Positions 8,468 to 16,361 of a DNA stretch of 64,000 bases are shown piece by piece. The position numbers and the translations under genes were made by a program. The DNA comes from Candidatus Micrarchaeota archaeon. Its GTDB lineage: Archaea; Micrarchaeota; Micrarchaeia; Micrarchaeales; CABMGC01. A model generated the notes under the pieces. That model made no database searches and had not been told where the DNA came from. It saw only the letters and a program-made list of their open reading frames with translations. The stretch lies in the NCBI GenBank assembly GCA_021804105.1, contig JAJZKP010000002.1, positions 6,899 to 70,898 on the forward strand, given 5' to 3'. How positions within the stretch are numbered: position 1 is the stretch's first letter; each line of letters starts with the position of its first letter.

Positions 8468-10825
8468 ATGGGGCGTGGAAAACAAGAAGCTAGGTCAGGC
8501 AGTAAGCATGCAGGTCTGACCTCTGGAGAAGCCAAGAGGCTTACGGAGAAATACGGATACAACGAGATAACGGCGAAGAAGAAGAATCCCATCCTCCTGC
8601 TTGTTAGGAAATTTTACGGACCGGTTCAGCTGCTGCTCTGGATCGTAGCAATAATATCCCTAATAACCGGTAAGCCTGCCGATTTCTACATAATACTGGC
8701 GCTTCTTGTTTTCAATGCTGTTGTCGGTTTTCTCGAGGAATACAGGGCTGACAAGTCGGTAGAAACGCTTAGCAGCATGCTTGCCTCAACTGCAAGGGTA
8801 CTGCGTGACGGGGAATGGAAAACGTTGCCTGCCAGGATGCTTGTACCCGGCGACGTAGTCAGGATACGGCTTGGAGACATAATACCTGCAGACGCAAAAG
8901 TGCTTGAATGTGAGCTTCTCGAGATAGATGAGTCTGTGATAAGCGGCGAGTCCTTCCTTGCTGAAAAGAAGACAGGTGATATGCTATATCAAGGTTCTGT
9001 GGCGAAGCGCGGAGAAGCAACGTGCATTGTAACTGGAACTGGATATAATACAAAATATGGAATGACTGAGAGGCTTGTCCAGATTGCCAAGCCAAGGTCG
9101 CATCTTGAAGGCGCAATACTTGGAATTGTCAAGTACCTTGTAGCTGCAGATTCCGTAATAGTTCTCATAATGCTATTATATGGTACGCTTGTGGTGGGGC
9201 TAAGCATAAGCATACTGCTTCCGTTCCTGCTGGTTATACTTGTGGCGTCTGTCCCTGTGGCTCTTTCTGCTGCATTCACTGTTTCCATGGCATTAGGGAC
9301 TGAGAAGATGGCCAAGGAATCCGTTCTTGTTACAAGGCTGGAGGCGATAGAAGATACGTCCACAATGGAGATATTGTGCACAGACAAGACGGGCACGCTA
9401 ACTCAGAATGCAATAACCCTGAAGGAGATCATACCTTACGGGTGCGATGAGAAGACAGTATTGAAATACGCTACAGAGGCTTCAAGGCAGGAGGACAATG
9501 ACCCGATAGATACTGCTGTGCTATCATACGCTGCTGCATTACATATCAAATCAGGCAGGCAACTCTCTTTCAGCCCGTTCAACCCTTCCACCAAGAGGAC
9601 TCAGGCAACCATAGAAGACGGCAGTAAATACGAAGTTACTAAAGGCGCTGCATGGGCTGTTATGAAACTTGTAAGGCTAAGCCCTGAACAGGCAAAAAGG
9701 ATTAATGCTACTGTAAATGGCCTTGCTGACCACGGACTGCGATCTCTTGCAGTGGCTATGCGAAACCGTACAGGCGCATGGAAAATGATGGGCATTATCG
9801 CGCTTTACGATCCGCCCCGGCCTGAGGCCAAGCACCTCATGGAAGAGCTTAACGAACTCGGCATATCTGTTAAGATGATAACGGGTGATAGCCTGCCCGT
9901 GGCAAGGGAAATTGCAGCCGAGGTCGGGCTTGGCAAGAACATACTAATGCTAGGAGGCAAGGACAAGGAATCCGATAAGCGAATAATAACCGCTGATGGA
10001 TTTGCAGGGGTATACCCTGAAGACAAATACACAATAGTCAAGGCACTGCAATCCGCTGGCTATGTCGTTGGCATGACCGGCGATGGAGTAAACGATGCTC
10101 CCGCATTGAAGGAAGCAGAGGTAGGAATAGCGGTGGCCAACGCAACAGATGTGGCGAAGAGCTCCGCAGCTCTCGTCCTCACCAGGAACGGGCTTGAAGT
10201 GATAGTAGACGCGGTCAAGGAGAGCAGGAGAATCTTTGCGAGGATGATAACCTATACACTTGTCAAGGTGGCAAAGGTCTTCCAGATAGTGGGTTTTGTA
10301 GCCATCACCTTCATAGCCTTAAGATTCATACCCATCACCCCGTTCCTGCTTATCCTATTGATATTCACAAATGATATAGTTAACATAGCAATATCCACAG
10401 ATAATGCCGATTATTCCGGAAAGCCAGATTCATGGAATATAAGGTCTATAATGAAGATATCCAGCGTTATGGGCATTCTTCTTATGGTTGAGGCGCTTGC
10501 ATTCGTGCCTTTAGGTCTCTACGTACTCGGGCTCAGCATATTGCAATTTCAGACCTTTGCTTTCCTTATATTCAATGTTACCGACCAGCTTGCAGTTTTC
10601 AGCCTTAGGGAGAAGAAACACTTCTGGAAATCTAAGCCCAGCACAAAGCTCATACTATCATCTGTGCTAGGCATCGCCATAGGCGTGACTCTTTCCTATT
10701 TTGGCATCTTCGTAGCAAGAATAGGGGTGATGCCGATACTGCTCATCTTCGTACTCGGAGCAGCTTTCATGCTGATAAACGATTTCATAAAAGTGGCTGC
10801 TCTGAAGATGTTTATGGCAGATTGA
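8468..10825 (+). CDS. P-type ATPase, plasma-membrane proton pump type (P3A-like)
   Basis: Phosphorylation site ILCTDKTGTLTQN, hinge MTGDGVNDAPALKEAEVGIAV, TGES-like SGES, and N-terminus GLTSGEAKRLTEKYGYNEI like plant/fungal H+-ATPases. 785 aa, about 10 TM. Confidence 0.92.
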   Translation: MGRGKQEARSGSKHAGLTSGEAKRLTEKYGYNEITAKKKNPILLLVRKFYGPVQLLLWIVAIISLITGKPADFYIILALLVFNAVVGFLEEYRADKSVETLSSMLASTARVLRDGEWKTLPARMLVPGDVVRIRLGDIIPADAKVLECELLEIDESVISGESFLAEKKTGDMLYQGSVAKRGEATCIVTGTGYNTKYGMTERLVQIAKPRSHLEGAILGIVKYLVAADSVIVLIMLLYGTLVVGLSISILLPFLLVILVASVPVALSAAFTVSMALGTEKMAKESVLVTRLEAIEDTSTMEILCTDKTGTLTQNAITLKEIIPYGCDEKTVLKYATEASRQEDNDPIDTAVLSYAAALHIKSGRQLSFSPFNPSTKRTQATIEDGSKYEVTKGAAWAVMKLVRLSPEQAKRINATVNGLADHGLRSLAVAMRNRTGAWKMMGIIALYDPPRPEAKHLMEELNELGISVKMITGDSLPVAREIAAEVGLGKNILMLGGKDKESDKRIITADGFAGVYPEDKYTIVKALQSAGYVVGMTGDGVNDAPALKEAEVGIAVANATDVAKSSAALVLTRNGLEVIVDAVKESRRIFARMITYTLVKVAKVFQIVGFVAITFIALRFIPITPFLLILLIFTNDIVNIAISTDNADYSGKPDSWNIRSIMKISSVMGILLMVEALAFVPLGLYVLGLSILQFQTFAFLIFNVTDQLAVFSLREKKHFWKSKPSTKLILSSVLGIAIGVTLSYFGIFVARIGVMPILLIFVLGAAFMLINDFIKVAALKMFMAD

Positions 10826-11140
10826 CAAAATGATTCGACGCGCAAACCCATCATCTCAATTTCGGATTAGTGACGTCAAAGGCATATAAGAATGGAAAAC
10901 AAAAGGTAAAAGATTGAAGCAGCGCGTGCTACAAGTTCACGGTATATCCTAACCCGAAAAGCTAGAAAGCAAAATATGGTCTCATATGCATGTTCCAAAT
11001 GGAATGCCCAGATACCCTGCAGGTTCAAACAGGGCTAGGGCTATGAAATCCATGCTTAGAATGGGCAAAGCCTGACATCGGCAAGCCTGGGCAGGTATAT
11101 ATATTGGAAAATAAATACTGCCGAGTAATGGAGTGATTCT

Positions 11141-11557
11141 ATGGTAAACAAGAAAGGACTGAGCAAAGAGGAGATAGCTGCGATGAAAGAGTATCTCAAA
11201 GAGAAGAATTCGAAGGCCAATGGCGAGGAAGATGTACTTGCCGCCATCGCCAAGATGAAGGAACCGGATCGCTCAATGGCAAGGCGGATCCATGCGATTG
11301 TAAAAGCCAGCGCCCCCGGGCTCTCCCCAAGGACGTGGTACGGCATGCCTGCGTATTCAAAGGATGACAAGGTTATCTGCTTTTTCCAGAATGCAGGCAA
11401 ATTCAAGGCGAGATATTCGACTCTTGGCTTCAGCGACAAGGCAAACCTCGACGAAGGAAAGATGTGGCCAACCGGATTCGCGCTTACGGGATTGACGCTA
11501 GTTGAGGAGAAGAGGATTACCGCACTAGTCAAAAAAGCGGTGAGTGGAACTACTTGA
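11141..11557 (+). CDS. DUF1801/YdhG-like protein
   Basis: [35 protein letters not shown] matches the YdhG-type core pattern. GGAGTGA Shine-Dalgarno-like sequence 6 nt upstream. Confidence 0.72.
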   Translation: MVNKKGLSKEEIAAMKEYLKEKNSKANGEEDVLAAIAKMKEPDRSMARRIHAIVKASAPGLSPRTWYGMPAYSKDDKVICFFQNAGKFKARYSTLGFSDKANLDEGKMWPTGFALTGLTLVEEKRITALVKKAVSGTT

Positions 11558-11640
11558 TACCTGCACACTTATGAAATAAATTAGGCATTCATAGAAAACC
11601 ATACTGCCAGCCGTATTTACTTACAGTGCCCCATCATGCG

Positions 11641-13014
11641 TCATTTCATTGTGGTGTTGAAGTCAAGAAGATTCGAACCCCGCCACGCAGCTACATAACC
11701 GGAAACCGGGGTTCCGGCAGGTACTGTGACATTCGCCAGAGGTCCTCCGTTGCACGGAAGGTTCACTATGTGTAACGTAGTATTAGTAGTAAAGTTATCC
11801 CCCGCAACGCCAGCGGAATAGTTACCCGGGCTTGTATTCACTTCTGTGAGCGTGCCGTCTCCTGTGACAGCATAGTAAACAGTAGGAAAGTTCGAAAAGC
11901 TGTTGCCTCCTGAGCGCAGGTCAGGCACAGATCCTCTAGGAACATAATATCCATCTATGGCACAGCCTATGACTAGGTGCTGCTCCAACCTGCTGAGGTT
12001 TACGTCAAAGCTTACCTGATATTGCGTATTCAGAGTGCCATTGGTTATATTCCCAAAATAGTTCTGCGTGATGTTTAGCTGGCCATTTTGCAGCACTGCT
12101 CCAAAACTTTTACTGCCATTTTTGATGATTGTCACGGGACCAGGAAGAGAAGTGACAGTTGCATTGGATATTGATGTTCCTATCAAAGTCTCATTCAAGA
12201 CAATATCCATCACATAGTTTGAGTATGTCGAGTTGATATCTGTGTTGAGCGTGAGGTTCAATGGAAGGTCATACTGCCCTGAAAGGCACGTTGTAAAGTT
12301 GTATCTGGATACAGAGACTGCAGACCCATTTATACTGCCTATGATTCTTACCTTCGCGCATGATTGCCCTTTGTAACTATGGGTACCTAAGACAGTTACG
12401 GTTGCGTTTGTTATGGAATTGCTCTCAAGTGCATCAAGGTACGTACCAAGTTCCTGGGTGGCACCGCCGCTTCCATTGCCCTTATATTCGATGCACGTGA
12501 CTCCTGTAACATTAGTAAGATTTCTTAGCGATGAGGACTTGCCAGAAAAGAGATCACCAGGGGATGAGCAGAAATACGAGGTCCCGTTAGCTACCATTAT
12601 CTGCGTCTCATTGACGCCTCTAAAATAAGGTATATCGGTTACGTTCAATACGAACCTTGTGTCATTTCCGTATTTTTCAAAGAGCATGTTGACAGGTATG
12701 CTAATGTTGTATCCCTCATAATGAATCTGTGCTACTCCGGCATATTGGACCTCAAGCTGCTTGTCCTTCGAGATCTGCCGGAACACTATATTAGCCACGC
12801 CAGAAGGGGTTTGGTTCCGCGAGGATGAGAGCTGGTTAATAATGCTGACTGATCCCGAGCTGAGGGTAAAGCCTCCCGTGCTGCCTCCACCGCTCTCGCC
12901 TCTCCCAAGTGCTAGGTATGCGATAACAACTATTACTATGACTATTGCGGCCAGTACTGACCAGCTTGTACGCTTAATGCCATGATCTGAGTTTGGATCT
13001 GCCTTAGTGCTCAT
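11641..13014 (-). CDS. Membrane-anchored, heavily sequon-rich surface protein (paralog of 62530-63999)
   Basis: N-terminal TM anchor WSVLAAIVIVIVVIAYLAL. I count 27 N-x-S/T sequons in 457 aa. The central block ANGTSYFCSS...ATVTVLGTHSYKGQSCAKVRI...CLSGQYDLPLNLTL...VLNETLIG...TSLPGPVT aligns with the protein at 62530-63999. Confidence 0.75.
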   Translation of the reverse strand: MSTKADPNSDHGIKRTSWSVLAAIVIVIVVIAYLALGRGESGGGSTGGFTLSSGSVSIINQLSSSRNQTPSGVANIVFRQISKDKQLEVQYAGVAQIHYEGYNISIPVNMLFEKYGNDTRFVLNVTDIPYFRGVNETQIMVANGTSYFCSSPGDLFSGKSSSLRNLTNVTGVTCIEYKGNGSGGATQELGTYLDALESNSITNATVTVLGTHSYKGQSCAKVRIIGSINGSAVSVSRYNFTTCLSGQYDLPLNLTLNTDINSTYSNYVMDIVLNETLIGTSISNATVTSLPGPVTIIKNGSKSFGAVLQNGQLNITQNYFGNITNGTLNTQYQVSFDVNLSRLEQHLVIGCAIDGYYVPRGSVPDLRSGGNSFSNFPTVYYAVTGDGTLTEVNTSPGNYSAGVAGDNFTTNTTLHIVNLPCNGGPLANVTVPAGTPVSGYVAAWRGSNLLDFNTTMK

Positions 13015-13048
13015 CGTACCATCTATGTTGCATTGTGAGATAGTCTTC

Positions 13049-13354
13049 TTAAACCAATGCTAAAGCTTGCGAATATCTTTTGCGATCTTCCCCCATTTTC
13101 TTAATCCCCTTTTCTTCAGCATGGAACATCTTTGCAAAGAATGGCCCAAAGAGGAAAACCAGGGCAAATACCACGGCTCCAACCGAAACAAAGTCAATAA
13201 GCAATGCAAATAACTTTCCAAGTACTGTTGTAGGAGTCGATGTGGGGCCTTCTGCAGTAGCCAGCATGCTGACAAAATAAAACGAATTGCTGTAGGAATC
13301 CCTTCCTATGAAATGAAAGTCAATTGTTCCGACTTCAGGTACGCCGCCTACCAA
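13049..13354 (-). CDS. Small membrane protein resembling the C-terminal half of MscL (possibly a degraded mscL)
   Basis: GTIDF...LGKLFALLIDFVSVGAVVFALVFLF..KMFHAEEKG resembles the MscL loop, TM2 and basic cluster. TM1 is absent. TTG start. See finding. Confidence 0.4.
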   Translation of the reverse strand: MVGGVPEVGTIDFHFIGRDSYSNSFYFVSMLATAEGPTSTPTTVLGKLFALLIDFVSVGAVVFALVFLFGPFFAKMFHAEEKGIKKMGEDRKRYSQALALV

Positions 13355-13439
13355 CGCAGTGGCAAAGGCTGCTTCCTTCGCTAATGAGTGATGCCACTTA
13401 CGCTCCTTTTCTTACTTTGTGTTTATTTGTCCCACTTGA

Positions 13440-14966
13440 TCAAGAAAGGAACTTCTCCAGGATCGGATACCCCTCAAGCTGGTGCTGCTGCTCAAGCTGC
13501 TGGTAGAGCGAGTACATTATTCCTACTGTAAGCAGTACCCCCATGCCGCTCCCCACCGCGCCAGTAAGGTTCGCGAACGCTGCAAGAAGTCCCACAAATA
13601 TGCTTCCCAGGACTGTTATTGTTGGTATATACTTGTTGAGTATGCTCTCCGTTATTCTTGGGTCCCTCCTGAATCCAGGTATCTGCCATCCCACACTCTG
13701 GAGCTGCTCGGCGACGTTCTTGGGGTTCTGGCCTGTCATCTCCACATAGAACTTTCCGAAAATGACACAGAGTATTACAAGCAGCAAAGTGGAAATTATG
13801 ACATGGATCCATTCCGGCACTAGTACGCATCCGTTTGAGAGCGTACAGCTTGCAGCAAGGTCCGTACCTGGCTTAAAGCTTGACCAAGGCATTATCAACG
13901 GAGTGGTGCCTGTGGCAAGGTATGAGAAATATGCACTATAGCCTACGCCGCCATAGCCTGCTGGGAATGGACTCTCGGTGAATGTATTTATTGAAAGCAG
14001 GTAGATCAGCCCTCCATCAAGCGTGTTCGTCAGTGCCCCTGTTGTAGAGAACTGGGGCACGTAATATCCAAAGAATGCCGCAGTGCTTGATGTTGCAGAA
14101 TACGGAGCTATTATGCCCCCAAAGAGTGATGTCATAGCTATAAGCAGTGATGTTGCGAATATCACCGGCATAACGCTGGCATACAGCAGTGATATGGGCA
14201 ATCTTCCTCCAATGCCCCTGAACTGACTGAATACCATTGGCAGCTCAACTTTCATGTCGTAGGCATATATGCTGATCAACATTACTAGTATTGCCACAAA
14301 TAAGGGCCCGAATGCCAGCAGCGCCTGAGGTATTGCAGTTGCTCCTGCTGTCGCGAGCTGGTAAGCAGCGGCAGGAAGCAGCACAGTCGCAGTTCCTGCG
14401 ATTATCGCATACGCTACTCCTCCCGCTATGAACAAGTTTATCCCGGAGCTTATCCCATACTTGTTCATCATCTCGTCTAGGTAAATGACAATTATGGCGC
14501 TTATCGCAAGCTCAAAGATTACGAATCCAGCAAAGCCCGGGGTAATGAGCCCTGAATTTGCAAACGTATATGTATAGAAAGTGGCTTCGATAATTGCAAC
14601 AATTATTGCTATAAGTTTCTGTATGCTCTGGAACCTGCCACGCTGTTCCATATCATTCAGGTCTATGTTCAGTGCCCCTGAACCCTGCAGCAGCTGCAAT
14701 ACTATGCTCGAGAGTACTATCGGCGATATTCCTACTGTGATCAAAGAGCCTATATGCGCTGCAAATATGACATTTGCAAGCTGGAAGATCTGCTGCACCT
14801 GTACTTGGCTCACCCCCAGCGCAGGTATGCTAAACATTGCAAAGTAGATAACCATGATCAAGGCTGTCCAGGTCATCTTCTCTTTGAACGTAAGTGGTGA
14901 TTTTGGCTTCTTTATGCTAGGTATGAATTTTAAGATCGGATTGAGAAATTCCAATGCCATGAACAT
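13440..14966 (-). CDS. secY: Preprotein translocase subunit SecY
   Basis: 508 aa, 10-TM SecY/Sec61alpha pattern (LGVSQVQV.., GISPIVLSSIVLQLL, FANLTGAVGSGMGVLLTVGI). Confidence 0.95.
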   Translation of the reverse strand: MFMALEFLNPILKFIPSIKKPKSPLTFKEKMTWTALIMVIYFAMFSIPALGVSQVQVQQIFQLANVIFAAHIGSLITVGISPIVLSSIVLQLLQGSGALNIDLNDMEQRGRFQSIQKLIAIIVAIIEATFYTYTFANSGLITPGFAGFVIFELAISAIIVIYLDEMMNKYGISSGINLFIAGGVAYAIIAGTATVLLPAAAYQLATAGATAIPQALLAFGPLFVAILVMLISIYAYDMKVELPMVFSQFRGIGGRLPISLLYASVMPVIFATSLLIAMTSLFGGIIAPYSATSSTAAFFGYYVPQFSTTGALTNTLDGGLIYLLSINTFTESPFPAGYGGVGYSAYFSYLATGTTPLIMPWSSFKPGTDLAASCTLSNGCVLVPEWIHVIISTLLLVILCVIFGKFYVEMTGQNPKNVAEQLQSVGWQIPGFRRDPRITESILNKYIPTITVLGSIFVGLLAAFANLTGAVGSGMGVLLTVGIMYSLYQQLEQQHQLEGYPILEKFLS

Positions 14967-14974
14967 TCACCATT

Positions 14975-16045
14975 CTATACTGTCAGTTCCACGAAATAAG
15001 CCTTATTGCTTCTGATCCCTGACCTCCTCTTGGGTTCTCTTCCGAAGATGGCTTCCAGGAATCCATCCACCATCGAGACCGAGAGCTCCACAAGACCTTC
15101 TATAGAGTTATATTGCTTGTAATTAATCCTTATAACCCTTTTGCCTTTCAACTTACGTACCTCTATGCCATTCGTATCAAAGTAGCATGCGATCTTCTTT
15201 AACGCATCTTCATAGCTAGTCCTGCTGTGCATCATGGCAAGCTCGACTCCGGCAAGGTAAAGTATGTTTGATGATTCCTCAAGCAACGGTTTCTTCATCA
15301 GGGGCATATTCGGCAGTATGAGATAATACCTGTTCTCTCTCTTCTCTGCCTTGTCCGGTTCCACGGCATCTATCCTCTCCGCTATCGCCTTTATTACCTC
15401 CTTTGGCTTCGGATTTACGGCACCGGTTGAGGGCTCCTGGGCCTCCATCGGCTCTGCAACAAACTGGCAAACATCGGAATTCAGGTATGTACATAGAGTC
15501 TCACGCACCTTTATTCCAGTACCCAGATATCCTGAAAGGTATCCTGCTATGATGCCCGCCTCGATTATGTGCACTGGTATGCCCAGCGAAGTCGTATTCG
15601 CCTTTGTCTTCATAGAGGTTATTGTTGCATGTTCGAGAGAAGGATAATAAAGCACCTTACCAAGCCCCAACCTGTCCAGTGCTCCAAAGAGAGTGCCTAT
15701 GTGTGCTTTGCCATAGCTGTTCATCTGATTGCCCATGGAAAACCCAAATCCGTATCCCAGTTTCCTTGTAGACTCGGTAAGGCTGAGCACAAGGTCTTGC
15801 ACTGTCATGCTGTTTTCCCTGTGGCCCATGCTTTCCTCAACAAGGTTCATCACCACAAGCTCTTCCAGGTTCTGTACAAGCCCCCTCTCACCTTCTGGAT
15901 TCCCAGTCTCCAGCGCCCATCGCCCGCTGCCCCCAGTTGACATTTTCTTTGTTCTGAGCGTCTTTCCTCCAGCGCTCTTAATCCTCCTCTTTGTTCCTAG
16001 GATACGCTTCCCCTTTCCCCCCAATCTCCTGATTTTATGCGGCAT
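14975..16045 (-). CDS. V4R-domain protein with polybasic N-terminus
   Basis: HIIEAGIIAGYLSGYLGTGIKVRETLCTYLNSDVCQFV fits the V4R (4-vinyl reductase/XylR-N) C-x-C pattern. The C-terminal half looks like a second, degenerate copy. N-terminus is MPHKIRRLGGKGKRILGTKRRIKSAGGKTLRTKK. Stop is 8 nt from the secY start. Confidence 0.7.
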   Translation of the reverse strand: MPHKIRRLGGKGKRILGTKRRIKSAGGKTLRTKKMSTGGSGRWALETGNPEGERGLVQNLEELVVMNLVEESMGHRENSMTVQDLVLSLTESTRKLGYGFGFSMGNQMNSYGKAHIGTLFGALDRLGLGKVLYYPSLEHATITSMKTKANTTSLGIPVHIIEAGIIAGYLSGYLGTGIKVRETLCTYLNSDVCQFVAEPMEAQEPSTGAVNPKPKEVIKAIAERIDAVEPDKAEKRENRYYLILPNMPLMKKPLLEESSNILYLAGVELAMMHSRTSYEDALKKIACYFDTNGIEVRKLKGKRVIRINYKQYNSIEGLVELSVSMVDGFLEAIFGREPKRRSGIRSNKAYFVELTV

Positions 16046-16361
16046 AGCTTCCAGAATACTTCATCTCTCAGCAATAAAAAACATTGCATTGCTGAAAAGA
16101 CGCAATTGTCAAGGCGATAGCGCAAGACAAAACATCGCCTGACCGATGGCCTTATCCTTAATTATTCTGGGCGCATATAATTATGGCTTCGCAGAAACGG
16201 CATTAGTTTATACCCCCTCGCGGAGTGATACTGCAAGAAGATTTCTATAGCATTTAGTAGAAGCAAAAACACTGAAATGTTGGGTCTGCCCGTGCTGAAT
16301 TAGCCTACCAAGCAAATATATACTTTGCATGAAATAAAGCCTATCATTCAGGGATGTGCGC

